Source: Draconibacterium orientale
GTDB lineage: Bacteria > Bacteroidota > Bacteroidia > Bacteroidales > UBA1556
Direction of reading: 5' to 3'
Length of the DNA: 64,000 nt
Assembly: GCA_020718275.1 (NCBI GenBank)
Contig: DYSI01000004.1
Span: forward strand, 3,518-67,517
Shown: one piece after another, positions 36,069-46,161 of the stretch
Layout: each line of letters begins with the position of its first letter
Position numbering within the stretch: position 1 is the first letter of the stretch
The notes under the pieces: model-generated
Seen by the model: the letters and a program-made list of their open reading frames with translations, nothing else
Databases searched by the model: none
Told to the model about the DNA's origin: nothing
Translations under genes and position numbers: made by a program

Positions 36069-37802
36069 ATGATTACAAGCAAAATACTTCGCAGTCAAAA
36101 TCTGCTCCATCTCGGAGCCTTCTTGGTGATAATCATCGCATTAAATATTCTAAGCCAGTTTTATTTTGGTAGATTCGATTTAACCACCGAGAAAAGATTC
36201 TCCGTTTCGCCTACTACCAAAAAAATCATAAAAAATTTGGACGACATTGTGTACGTAAAAGTCTATCTAGATGGTGATTTACCAGCTGGTTTCAAACGCT
36301 TACGCAATAGCACCCGCGAACTTTTGGACGAGTTTAGAGCCTATAACAAAGAGCTCATGTTTGAGTTTATCAATCCTTCCGAAAATGAAAATAAGACGGA
36401 AAGGATTAAACTTTATAAGCAATTAGCCAAAGAGGGACTTGCTTATTACAATGTTCCAATGGAAACCAAAGATGGTTTTGCGCAAAAAACTATTTTCCCT
36501 TCCGCTTTGATTACTTACAAAGACAAAAGCATAGCTATCAACTTATTGATGAGCAATAGCAAAGTGCCTAACGAGTCAGATTTAAATAATTCCATCCAAA
36601 ATATTGAGCTAAATTTAGTCAATGCAATCCGCAAACTAAGTTTTCAGAAATTACCTTATGTTGTTTTTACGCAAGGACATGGAGAACTCGACAATTACCA
36701 AAGTGGTGATTTGGCTTATGAATTATCGCAAACCTATGAAGTGGGGCAAATTGACATCGATAGTAATCTAACTCGATTAATGCGTCGAGTGCAAATTGAT
36801 TCCAATACTTCCAAAATGATTCCTAATTTTGAACTATTAATCATTGCAAAACCCACTAAACCCTTTACTATCAAAGATTTATTTCTGCTAGATCAATATG
36901 TGATGCATGGCGGTAAAGTCATTTGGGCAGTAGACTTTGTAGAAGCAAATATGGACAGTTTGCGCTATGCCACCTCTACGCTTGCTATGCCGCTTGATTT
37001 GAATTTACAAGAAATACTATTCAGTTACGGCGCTCGGGTAAATACAAATCTGGTTCTCAACCGCAATGCCATGGAAATAGGCACCGCTGAGGGCGTTTTG
37101 AAACCTTGGGATTTTTTTCCATTAGCATTACCCACCAAAGGAAATCCCATCACTCAAAACATGAATTCACTGAGCACCAGTTTTGTAAGCTCAATCGATA
37201 CCGTTGGAAGTTCCTCCATTCGTAAAACAGTGCTCCTAAAAACCGATTTAAATACGCGCATTATGCCAACGCCTGCTTTAGTCGATTTGGTAGACATCAT
37301 TTATCGCGGTCCCAATCCTGCTTTGTACAATCGGCTACCACAACCTATTGCCGTACTTTTAGAAGGTAGCTTTACGTCCATTTTCGAAAACCGTATCATC
37401 GACCCTCGCATTATGAACAATAAAGAACTCTTTGATATACAGTTTCATAGCCTACCAACTTCCCAATTAGTAATTTCGGATGGCGACCTTCTAAAAAATC
37501 AAGTAATGGAAACCGCCGACGGCCTTATGCCCTATCCACTTGGCTACGATCGTTTTTCAAAACGTACATACGACAATAAGAAGTTTATGCTTAATGCCGT
37601 CAATTACATGATGGGTGACGATGCACTAATTCAGCTTCGCAACAAACAATACAAAATACGATTACTCAACAAAGAGCGCATCAGCAACGAAAAACTAAAA
37701 TGGCAAATATTGAATACCAGTATTCCAATTCTGTTGATTATTGTGATGGGGCTGATTATCAATATTGTAAAACGCCGTCGCTACGCTAGACCTATAAATT
37801 AA
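36069..37802 (+). CDS. gldG: gliding motility-associated ABC transporter substrate-binding component GldG
   Basis: 577 aa. N- and C-terminal TM anchors with a large periplasmic domain. Conserved gldF-gldG pairing. Confidence 0.8.
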   Translation: MITSKILRSQNLLHLGAFLVIIIALNILSQFYFGRFDLTTEKRFSVSPTTKKIIKNLDDIVYVKVYLDGDLPAGFKRLRNSTRELLDEFRAYNKELMFEFINPSENENKTERIKLYKQLAKEGLAYYNVPMETKDGFAQKTIFPSALITYKDKSIAINLLMSNSKVPNESDLNNSIQNIELNLVNAIRKLSFQKLPYVVFTQGHGELDNYQSGDLAYELSQTYEVGQIDIDSNLTRLMRRVQIDSNTSKMIPNFELLIIAKPTKPFTIKDLFLLDQYVMHGGKVIWAVDFVEANMDSLRYATSTLAMPLDLNLQEILFSYGARVNTNLVLNRNAMEIGTAEGVLKPWDFFPLALPTKGNPITQNMNSLSTSFVSSIDTVGSSSIRKTVLLKTDLNTRIMPTPALVDLVDIIYRGPNPALYNRLPQPIAVLLEGSFTSIFENRIIDPRIMNNKELFDIQFHSLPTSQLVISDGDLLKNQVMETADGLMPYPLGYDRFSKRTYDNKKFMLNAVNYMMGDDALIQLRNKQYKIRLLNKERISNEKLKWQILNTSIPILLIIVMGLIINIVKRRRYARPIN

Positions 37803-37844
37803 TGGCCCGCTTTAATGATCTTTAAACCTACAATCGAAATTAAA

Positions 37845-38939
37845 ATGAAAAAGAAAAATTATTGGATTATTCTATTCAGCTTGGTTTTGCTCGCATTGTC
37901 GATACTCGCTATCAAACAACAGAAAAATAGAACCATTGAAAACGACTTTGTTTTGAATGATACCAGCCGCGTTGAAAAGATATTCATGGTAAATAAAAAA
38001 AACGAGCAGGTTGAATTGACGAAGATGAATAACATTTGGTATGTAAATGGAGAGGAAACGGCCATTGGCGAAAATGTTAACATCTTGCTGTCAACCCTTA
38101 TGAAAATTCAAATACGCCAGCCAATTTCTAAAGCAGCTCATAATACAATTGTTAAACAGTTGGCTACCAACTCGGTAAAAGTTGAAATATATGAACATAA
38201 ATATTTAATAGATTTCTGGGGACTACAATGGTTTGCTAAACTTAAAAAAACTAAGGTATTCTATGTCGGTAGCCCAACAAGAGATTTTAGAGGCACCATT
38301 ATGAAAATGGAAAATTCTGACGACATTTATATAACCTATCTTCCAGGCTTTAACGGCTATCTAACAGAGCGGTTTTCAGCCTACTATGCCGATTGGATTA
38401 ATCACAACATTTTCAAAATACCGATTCAAAACATTTTGAAAGTTCGCGTTGAATTTGGGGAGGATGCTCGTCAATCCTACGAAATTGTTAACACTGGCAA
38501 CAAAAATTTCGATTTAATTGCCCTCTTCAACAATCAAAAGCAAGATCGATACGACACCATTAGAGTACTCGAGGAGCTCGCAGCTTTCAGAAGCATCAAT
38601 TACGAATCCCTACTCGATAAACTCGATTCGACCAAAATAGATTCTTTGAATCGATTGATACCACTACGAACCATAAGCCTTACTACCATCGACCAGAAAG
38701 TAAAGAAAGTTAAACTATATCGACGTCCAAATTTTGATCAGAAACCAGACTTTGATGGGACCATATTTTCCTATGATTTAGATAGAATGTACGCCTTGGT
38801 GGATGGAATGAAACACCCTGTAAGTACTCAATATTTTGTTATAGACAACATAACCAGACCTTTGAGTTTTTTACTGGGAACAAAAATGGCAGATACTCAG
38901 AATATGGAAGGAATGCTAATCGGTAGCGAAGTAAAATAG
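37845..38939 (+). CDS. DUF4340-like protein commonly following gldG
   Basis: Start taken at MKKKNYWIILF (signal anchor); the track ORF start at 37815 is less likely. Assigned from position and size. Confidence 0.6.
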   Translation: MKKKNYWIILFSLVLLALSILAIKQQKNRTIENDFVLNDTSRVEKIFMVNKKNEQVELTKMNNIWYVNGEETAIGENVNILLSTLMKIQIRQPISKAAHNTIVKQLATNSVKVEIYEHKYLIDFWGLQWFAKLKKTKVFYVGSPTRDFRGTIMKMENSDDIYITYLPGFNGYLTERFSAYYADWINHNIFKIPIQNILKVRVEFGEDARQSYEIVNTGNKNFDLIALFNNQKQDRYDTIRVLEELAAFRSINYESLLDKLDSTKIDSLNRLIPLRTISLTTIDQKVKKVKLYRRPNFDQKPDFDGTIFSYDLDRMYALVDGMKHPVSTQYFVIDNITRPLSFLLGTKMADTQNMEGMLIGSEVK

Positions 38940-39109
38940 AACATTAATTGAAGCTAACAGACTACCTTCCGAAAGAAAAAGTCAAACAGAAGGAAATTCT
39001 CTCGCTTTGTTAATAATTTTAAAATAAATTCAATATTAACAGTCAATTATAAATTCAATATTTATAAATTTACACACTCAAAATAAAGTAAATTTTAAAG
39101 CCAAATTAT

Positions 39110-40234
39110 ATGAAGTTTATTGTATCTAGTCAAGTATTATTGAAGAGTTTGCAGTCAATCAGTGGCGTGCTAAGCACCAATAGTACGCTACCCATCTTGG
39201 ATAATTTCCTATTCCAATTAGAAGATGATGTTCTTAAAGTTACCGCATCCGATATTGAAACTACCATGACCGTGATGGTGCAAATGGTAATGTCAGAATC
39301 CGAAGGCAACATTGCTATTCCAGCAAAAATTTTAATGGATACGCTAAAAACTTTTGGTGAAATCCCCATTACTTTCAATATTAATCTCGACAATCAAATG
39401 GTAGAGTTAAGTACTGATGATGGTAAATTTAAGTTAAGTGGTTTTGATGGCAACGAATTTCCTATGAGTCCGGAAATGGAAGCCACATCCGAAATTAGCA
39501 TTAAAGCTGAAATCTTAGAACAAGCTATTTCAAAAACTATTTTCGCAACTGGTAACGACGAGTTACGCCCAGTAATGATGGGTGTCAATTTTGAATTTAC
39601 CATGGAAGGAATGATTTTGGTTGGTACCGACGCCCATAAATTGGTAAAATACACCCAAAAAAGTGTTCTTTCAGAATCAGAAGATAAATTTGTTGTGCCA
39701 AAAAAACCATTAATCCAGCTAAAAAATATTTTAGGAAAAACCCTCGACGAGGTTCATGTAAAATACAACAAAGTAAATGCGCTTTTCGAATTCGATAATT
39801 ACACCCTAATCTGTCGTTTGGTAGATAGCAAATACCCTAATTATGAAGCAGTTATTCCAAAAGGAAATCCTAATACGCTGATTGTTGACAGGGTACAGCT
39901 TTTAAACAAGATCCGACGGGTAAGTTTCTTTGCCAATCAATCAACTAACCAGATTCGCCTTAGCATTACTGGTCAAGAATTAGTTCTTAGCGCCGAGGAT
40001 TTAGATTTTACTAATGAAGCCCGTGAGCGTTTAAATTGCTCCTACCAAGGCACCGACTTAGATATTGGATTCAATTCCAAATTTTTAATCGAAATGCTTA
40101 ACAATTTGAGCAATGAAGAGGTAATGTTAGAACTTTCAACACCAGGCCGTGCTGGACTTCTTTTACCAGTAAACCCAGAACCAACTGACGAAGAAATTCT
40201 TATGCTGGTAATGCCCATTATGTTAAACAATTAA
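39110..40234 (+). CDS. dnaN: DNA polymerase III beta sliding clamp
   Basis: 374 aa. A typical DnaN N-terminus (MKFIVSSQVLLKSLQSISGV, LPILDNFLF) and a three-domain length. Confidence 0.9.
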   Translation: MKFIVSSQVLLKSLQSISGVLSTNSTLPILDNFLFQLEDDVLKVTASDIETTMTVMVQMVMSESEGNIAIPAKILMDTLKTFGEIPITFNINLDNQMVELSTDDGKFKLSGFDGNEFPMSPEMEATSEISIKAEILEQAISKTIFATGNDELRPVMMGVNFEFTMEGMILVGTDAHKLVKYTQKSVLSESEDKFVVPKKPLIQLKNILGKTLDEVHVKYNKVNALFEFDNYTLICRLVDSKYPNYEAVIPKGNPNTLIVDRVQLLNKIRRVSFFANQSTNQIRLSITGQELVLSAEDLDFTNEARERLNCSYQGTDLDIGFNSKFLIEMLNNLSNEEVMLELSTPGRAGLLLPVNPEPTDEEILMLVMPIMLNN

Positions 40235-40253
40235 TCAAAATATTCCTATAAAT

Positions 40254-40285
40254 AAAAAATCCGCTTTGGCGGATTTTTTTATTTT
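40254..40285 (+). terminator. rho-independent terminator after dnaN
   Basis: AAAAAATCCGC-TTTG-GCGGATTTTTT hairpin followed by a T-run. Confidence 0.8.
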
Positions 40286-40293
40286 TGTTAGCT

Positions 40294-41064
40294 ATGTATA
40301 ATCTCCTTTTTATAGTCCTTAAACTTTCTGACATCCTCGATATTGTGGTGGTGGCGGCCTTAATTTATGCCATTTATAAACTGGTAAAAGGAACTGTTGC
40401 CATCAATATCTTTATCGGTTTAATCTCTGTTTTTCTAGTTTGGAAAATGGTGAGTATGCTCCACATGAAAATGTTAGATGAAATACTCGGACAATTTATC
40501 AGTGTTGGAGTTATTGCGCTAATTGTAGTTTTTCAGCAAGAAATACGAAGTTTCCTATTAATGCTTGGAAGACTTAGTACGGATCGACAAGGCCATTTGA
40601 AATTTTTGAAAAAAGGAACCAACTTCCAAAAACTCGAAATCGAACTACTCATTAGCGCCCTCGAAAACATGTCGCAAAACCTAACAGGCGCACTAATCGT
40701 TATCCGTAGAAACAATGAGCTGATTGAAATTAAAGATACTGGTGAAACCATAGACGCCATACTGTCCACCGCTCTCATTGAGAGTATATTCTTCAAAAAC
40801 AGCCCATTACATGATGGAGCATTGATCATTGTAAATAATAAAATAGAAGCTGCGCGCTGCGTCCTCCCTGTGAGTAAGCGAACCGATTTCCCTGTAGATT
40901 TTGGTCTCCGACACCGAGCAGCCTCAGGATTAACCCAGAATACCGACGCCTTATGTTTAGTCGTTTCTGAACAAACAGGTAACTTTGCTTATGCCCAAAA
41001 AGGAGAGTTATACACCAAAATTAGTATCGAAGAAATCCGTGTGCTTTTGGCTGAATTTTCCTAG
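40294..41064 (+). CDS. cdaA: diadenylate cyclase CdaA (TIGR00159 family)
   Basis: Three N-terminal TM helices. DAC-domain motifs HDGALII and RHRAASG. ATG at 40294 is preferred over TTG at 40285. Confidence 0.85.
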   Translation: MYNLLFIVLKLSDILDIVVVAALIYAIYKLVKGTVAINIFIGLISVFLVWKMVSMLHMKMLDEILGQFISVGVIALIVVFQQEIRSFLLMLGRLSTDRQGHLKFLKKGTNFQKLEIELLISALENMSQNLTGALIVIRRNNELIEIKDTGETIDAILSTALIESIFFKNSPLHDGALIIVNNKIEAARCVLPVSKRTDFPVDFGLRHRAASGLTQNTDALCLVVSEQTGNFAYAQKGELYTKISIEEIRVLLAEFS

Positions 41065-41205
41065 AATTTTTTACTCAATCGCAAATCCCAATTTATTTCC
41101 ACATTAATTAGCCCTTATATTGTATTATTGATAATTAAGGCATGGGAACTATGGAAAAAATCCTTAATAAACCTTTGAAAAGCCTCAAATATTTCTTAAC
41201 TTTGT

Positions 41206-42081
41206 ATGATAAACATTTTAACCATGGAATCAAGTAGCCTTTTTCCTCGAAAAAGCTTTCTCAACATAAGAGGAAGCCTACTCACTTTGGACAGCCCCAA
41301 AATAATGGGAATTTTAAATATTACTGATGACTCATTTTATGACGGAGGTTTTTATCGAACGCCAAAAGCACAGTTGAATCGAGTGGAAGAAATGCTCAAT
41401 CAGGGGGCTACTTTTATCGATATTGGCGCACAATCCAGCCGACCTGGCGCAATTGAAGTTGGGGCTGAAACCGAAATTAAGCAACTGATACCGGCCTTAA
41501 AAAGAATCAGAGCAGCCTTTCCTGAAGCCATTTTAAGCATTGATACTTGGCATGCAGCAGTTGCTAAAGCAGCAGTTGCTGAGGGCGGCGATATTATTAA
41601 CGATATTTCGGGTGGACTTTTCGATCCCATTATGTTCGACACCATGGCCACCTTAAAAGTTCCTTATGTGCTGATGCACACTGGTGGTAGACCTGATAAT
41701 ATGCAAAATAATCCCCGATATGCAGATGTTTTGAAAGAAGTCATATATTTCATGTCCAAGCAAATTGACAAGCTAAATTATGTAGGAGTAAATGATATTA
41801 TCATCGACCCCGGGTTTGGTTTTGGCAAAACTATCAAGCACAACTATCAGCTGCTCCGACAATTGAATCACTTTACTTTTCTCGAAAACCCAATTCTAGT
41901 AGGCATATCACGTAAATCAATGATCTACAGAGCATTGAATACCAATGCCGTGAATGCCTTGAATGGAACCACCGCGCTGCAAATGATTGCACTTAGCAAA
42001 GGTGCCGACATCCTGCGCGTACATGATGTAAAAGAAGCCCAAGAATGTGTTAAGCTCCATTTGATGCTCCATCAGTCGTAA
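41206..42081 (+). CDS. folP: dihydropteroate synthase
   Basis: 291 aa. Motifs GILNITDDSFYDGG, IDIGAQSSRPG, INDISGG, DPGFGFGK. The start could instead be the ATG at 41224. Confidence 0.9.
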   Translation: MINILTMESSSLFPRKSFLNIRGSLLTLDSPKIMGILNITDDSFYDGGFYRTPKAQLNRVEEMLNQGATFIDIGAQSSRPGAIEVGAETEIKQLIPALKRIRAAFPEAILSIDTWHAAVAKAAVAEGGDIINDISGGLFDPIMFDTMATLKVPYVLMHTGGRPDNMQNNPRYADVLKEVIYFMSKQIDKLNYVGVNDIIIDPGFGFGKTIKHNYQLLRQLNHFTFLENPILVGISRKSMIYRALNTNAVNALNGTTALQMIALSKGADILRVHDVKEAQECVKLHLMLHQS

Positions 42082-42276
42082 GATTGGCGACCAAATATTG
42101 CTGGGATCTATTTCGTAGAAAACTATTTCTGCAAATATTTATTAAAAAGCCAAGCATAGAATGCTCTTTCAATTTTGGCATATTTTTAATAAAATGAGTT
42201 CGCAATAAACCATTAATATTTCTATTTTTGCACGCATCAGTAAAGAATATTTTTAAATCATTTATAGCATATTATT

Positions 42277-42594
42277 ATGGCAATTGAAATTAACGACGCA
42301 AATTTTAAAGAAATCGTACTAGAGTCTAGCATGCCTGTTTTAGTAGATCTTTGGGCTGAATGGTGTGGACCATGTCGCATGGTTGGACCAATCGTAGAAC
42401 AACTATCGCATGAATATGAAGGACGTGCTCTTTGTGGAAAAATTGATGTAGACGCTAATCCAAATGTAACGGTGGATTATGGCGTTAGAAACATTCCTAC
42501 TTTATTATTTTTTAAAAATGGTGAACTAGTTGACAAACAAGTAGGTGCAGTGCCTAAACATATTTTAGCTGCCAAATTGGATGCCCTACTGTAG
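42277..42594 (+). CDS. trxA: thioredoxin
   Basis: 105 aa. Active site WAEWCGPCR. Confidence 0.95.
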   Translation: MAIEINDANFKEIVLESSMPVLVDLWAEWCGPCRMVGPIVEQLSHEYEGRALCGKIDVDANPNVTVDYGVRNIPTLLFFKNGELVDKQVGAVPKHILAAKLDALL

Positions 42595-42623
42595 TTTATT
42601 AGTTAATTAACCCAATCAAAAGA

Positions 42624-42658
42624 GTGCCAAAATCAGGTTTATTTTGGCACCTTTTTTT
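42624..42658 (+). terminator. rho-independent terminator after trxA
   Basis: 10-bp stem GTGCCAAAAT/ATTTTGGCAC with a 7-nt loop, followed by a T7 run. Confidence 0.85.
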
Positions 42659-42675
42659 ATAGCTATAGCAAGCAA

Positions 42676-43611
42676 ATGGAAAATACAATTCAGCGAAATC
42701 GACTACAGCCCTACTCAAAACTTGAGCTAATAGCCCGCCAAGTGGTGGAGGGATTTATTACTGGTTTGCACCAAAGTCCTTTTCATGGTTTTTCGGTTGA
42801 ATTTGCTGAACATCGACTTTACAATTCTGGAGAATCCACACGACATATCGATTGGAAATTATACGGAAAAACCGACAAACTTTTCGTAAAACGCTATGAG
42901 GAAGAGACCAATTTAAGGTGTCAAATCATTATCGATAATTCCGCCAGTATGTATTTCCCCTTTGAGGCTGGCAGTAGTCTCGACAATCCTAATAAAATTC
43001 ATTTTTCGGTGTATGCTGCAGCGGCCATTATCGAAATGCTTAAAAGACAGCGTGATGCTTTTGGCTTGAGTATTTTTTCGACGCAAATTTCACTACACAT
43101 ACCAGCTCGCAGCAATGAAGCCCACAAACAAAATGTATACATCCAATTAGAAAAACTGCTGGCACTGCAAAAGCCAGCGGTAAACCAACATTCAGAGATT
43201 GCCAAAAGCTTACACGAAATTGCCGAAAGGGTACATAAGCGTTCCTTGATAATCATCTTTTCTGATATGTTTGATCAATCTCATCAAACAGATGATATTT
43301 TCGCAGCCTTGCAACATTTGAAACATTTAAAACATGAAATCCTACTTTTTCATGTTACTCATCACCAATATGAACTTGATTTTGAATTTCAAAACCGACC
43401 ATATAAATTCATCGATTCAGAAAGTGGTGAAGTATTAAAACTAAACCCCAAAGAAGTTAAACAATTGTATATTAATAAATTAAAAGAATATACTCAAGAA
43501 TTAAAACTGCGCTGTGGACAATTTTACATTGAATTGATTGAAGTTGATATTAACAAAAACTTTGATCGTGTGTTGCTCCCCTATTTATTGAAACGAAAAA
43601 AGATGATGTAA
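42676..43611 (+). CDS. DUF58 domain protein (vWA-like, MoxR-associated family)
   Basis: 311 aa. Family signature FHGFSVEFAEHRLYNSGESTRHIDWKLYGKTDKLFVKRYEEE. Confidence 0.8.
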   Translation: MENTIQRNRLQPYSKLELIARQVVEGFITGLHQSPFHGFSVEFAEHRLYNSGESTRHIDWKLYGKTDKLFVKRYEEETNLRCQIIIDNSASMYFPFEAGSSLDNPNKIHFSVYAAAAIIEMLKRQRDAFGLSIFSTQISLHIPARSNEAHKQNVYIQLEKLLALQKPAVNQHSEIAKSLHEIAERVHKRSLIIIFSDMFDQSHQTDDIFAALQHLKHLKHEILLFHVTHHQYELDFEFQNRPYKFIDSESGEVLKLNPKEVKQLYINKLKEYTQELKLRCGQFYIELIEVDINKNFDRVLLPYLLKRKKMM

Positions 43612-45222
43612 TTAGCGATATAATAATAATTTCGTTGAAAAATTATACGGCTCGTTGATTGTAGACTTCACCTTAATAATGTTTTTATCGTTGAGAACAT
43701 AATCCGGCAAATCATTATTATCTAACACATAAATTTGTATTCCTTTAGCTCTAAGTTGCTCTATTTCAGCTGTGGTAGGAATCAGCATTCGCGCTTGGAT
43801 ACTCGTAATAAAGCTAAATCTAACATTCCCAACATCCCTAAAATTAAACACCATGGACTTAGTTTTAGAAGGAATTTTAGCCTCAAGCGATTTATAAATT
43901 AAGTTTTCAGTGGCTTTGCTCCTCCAGAAATCTAGATGCCAATCCTCGTGGTTTTTAAATTCTTTTTGTCCAAAAATTCCAAATGACAAAATTAAAAAAA
44001 GGGATAAAGAAATGTATTTACTTAGAATTGACTTATTTATTTTCAAAGATTTAAACTTATCACTAATCCAATTAGCTCCAAAATCAATAAAAACTGCCAC
44101 TGCTAAAATGGCCATAGAGAAAACGGGAAATGTAAAGAGAGGCATTTTGGTAGCTGCTAGCATGAAAAACCCATTTACAACCACAAAATAGATGAGTATT
44201 GTAAAAGCGTATTTCTGGTAATTCAATATTTTTGGTATCAACAAGGCTAAGAGTGAAATAATTACAAGCCACACAAAATGCTTTGCTACCAAAATATTTA
44301 TTTGATCGAGATGAAAATACCAAGTACCAGAATGACCGTCAATAACATTCAAAAAATGAGCATTATTAACCGCGTGTTCATATAAATATTCACTTGGAAA
44401 ACGCAGATAGGAATAAATCTGCCATGGAAGGGCAATCAAAAAAGTCATCATCAGTGCAATTGCCAAATGGAGATAACGAGTCCATTGTGCGCGCCACTTT
44501 GCATCGCCAAAAAGAAAAATCAACCAAGCTGAAAAAACAATTAAGCCAACGAGCCATTTTACCAAAATCGCCAATCCAGCAAAAATTCCAATAGCAATGG
44601 CATATTTTGCAAGATTAGTATACAAATACTGAAAGAAAAAATAAATGCTCATCAAGACAAAAAAAGCAAACATCATATCATTATGGTCGGTATGCAAACG
44701 GCCTGTAAAAACAGGCACATACGCTTCTGATGCAAACCATAATACAACGGCATAGAATCCAACCCGTTGATTTCGTATTAGATAACCAATTTTGTACAAA
44801 GGAAAAACGAATAGGATACTCAAGAGAGCAGAGGGTAATCTTAATTGCCAAAAACCCACGCCAAAGATTTTAAAGCTTAGTGAAATTAGCCAAAGGAATA
44901 GTGGCTGCTTGTGAAGCCATACATGATTATCAGTCCAAGGAGCTTCTGTTGGTAATAAATCATTTGGGAGTAAATAGGGATAAAATGGATTTTCCAACAA
45001 GTTTTTAGCGACTAAAGCATGAAATTGTTCATCCCAAAGATACAAAAACGGATCTGATAATAAGAAAAAAGTATGGTAAAGCGATACCCCAATAATTAAG
45101 GTCGACAAAGCAAATCCACGCGTCACCTTTATTTCGAATAAGCCGATTGAAAGCAGAAACATCATGATTCCAGCATAATAAAACCACTGAATATCCGCAA
45201 TATAATCGAGGTAACTAATCAT
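43612..45222 (-). CDS. GT-C fold membrane glycosyltransferase (GT39/ArnT-like)
   Basis: 536 aa. More than 10 predicted TM helices with an early DE-containing loop (LWDEQFH), then a soluble C-terminal domain. Confidence 0.65.
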   Translation of the reverse strand: MISYLDYIADIQWFYYAGIMMFLLSIGLFEIKVTRGFALSTLIIGVSLYHTFFLLSDPFLYLWDEQFHALVAKNLLENPFYPYLLPNDLLPTEAPWTDNHVWLHKQPLFLWLISLSFKIFGVGFWQLRLPSALLSILFVFPLYKIGYLIRNQRVGFYAVVLWFASEAYVPVFTGRLHTDHNDMMFAFFVLMSIYFFFQYLYTNLAKYAIAIGIFAGLAILVKWLVGLIVFSAWLIFLFGDAKWRAQWTRYLHLAIALMMTFLIALPWQIYSYLRFPSEYLYEHAVNNAHFLNVIDGHSGTWYFHLDQINILVAKHFVWLVIISLLALLIPKILNYQKYAFTILIYFVVVNGFFMLAATKMPLFTFPVFSMAILAVAVFIDFGANWISDKFKSLKINKSILSKYISLSLFLILSFGIFGQKEFKNHEDWHLDFWRSKATENLIYKSLEAKIPSKTKSMVFNFRDVGNVRFSFITSIQARMLIPTTAEIEQLRAKGIQIYVLDNNDLPDYVLNDKNIIKVKSTINEPYNFSTKLLLYR

Positions 45223-46005
45223 TTACAAAAGATAAGATTTAATAATTCGCAGCTTGTGTGAATATTTTTTTGTATCAATATTGAAAATACCTTGATGATC
45301 AATTACATCAATTCTCACCACTCCCGAAGCATGAATTATTTTATTATCGCCAAGCAAAATACCTACATGAGTAATTCTTCCGTCTGTATTATCGAAAAAA
45401 GCCAAATCCCCGACAATGGCATCAGTTAAAAAATTGATAGTTTCGCCTTGCACTGCCTGTTGCGAAGCATCGCGCGAGATGTTCAAGCCACTTAACTTAT
45501 AAACCATTTGAGTAAAACCAGAACAATCGATACCAAAAGGTGTTTTCCCTCCCCAAAGATAAGGAGCATTGAGGTACATCATTGCATTTTCGACTATTAA
45601 TTTCCGTTTTGTTTCAATCTCGGATTGCACAAAGCCACCATCATAGCTATAATCCCTACCGCAGACGTTCAGCCGTTGATCTTTCAAACCATGCAAATGA
45701 CTACCCATAACTAATGGAATCATCTGATTGTTTTTAATATCAACTAATACCTGAACTAAATCAGTAGAATAATAAGTAGGAAGTTTTTTTAAACGATTTA
45801 ATTCGTCTTCATGGAGGGTATAAAACTGTTTTGGATCCACCCAACCTTGGTAGCGATCGTATTCTAAACGAACGTATGCCCAATTAGCACTAGTTTCCAA
45901 AACTTCAAAAATTTCACCAAACAAAACTTGCGTGAGCATTTCAGATCTATCATCCGAAGCCGAACGAAGAGGCATGATACTCACTTTACAAATTGCAAAT
46001 GCCAT
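45223..46005 (-). CDS. NlpC/P60 (C40) peptidase with an N-terminal SH3b-like domain
   Basis: 260 aa. Catalytic context YLWGGKTPFGIDCSGFTQMVY and HVGILLG. Confidence 0.85.
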   Translation of the reverse strand: MAFAICKVSIMPLRSASDDRSEMLTQVLFGEIFEVLETSANWAYVRLEYDRYQGWVDPKQFYTLHEDELNRLKKLPTYYSTDLVQVLVDIKNNQMIPLVMGSHLHGLKDQRLNVCGRDYSYDGGFVQSEIETKRKLIVENAMMYLNAPYLWGGKTPFGIDCSGFTQMVYKLSGLNISRDASQQAVQGETINFLTDAIVGDLAFFDNTDGRITHVGILLGDNKIIHASGVVRIDVIDHQGIFNIDTKKYSHKLRIIKSYLL

Positions 46006-46085
46006 AATTAATAATTTTGTTCAAAAATACAATTTTATCAGCTTCTAATTTTGATATTTTACTACTGTTTACAAAGAAAGATGCA

Positions 46086-46118
46086 ATAAAAAACCCAGTA
46101 GCAAACTGGGTTTTTTAT
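46086..46118 (-). terminator. rho-independent terminator after hppA
   Basis: AAAAAACCCAGT-AGCAA-ACTGGGTTTTTT. The structure is symmetric with A/T runs on both sides. Confidence 0.8.
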
Positions 46119-46161
46119 ATGTATAATTTGGATCAAAAGATTAGTTTATTACCAAAAAGGA

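Noticed and set aside
38940-39109. Replication origin upstream of dnaN.
   Set aside because: There is no dnaA gene nearby and no TTATCCACA-type DnaA boxes in the spacer. The only repeat is an AT-rich AAATTCAATATT doublet.
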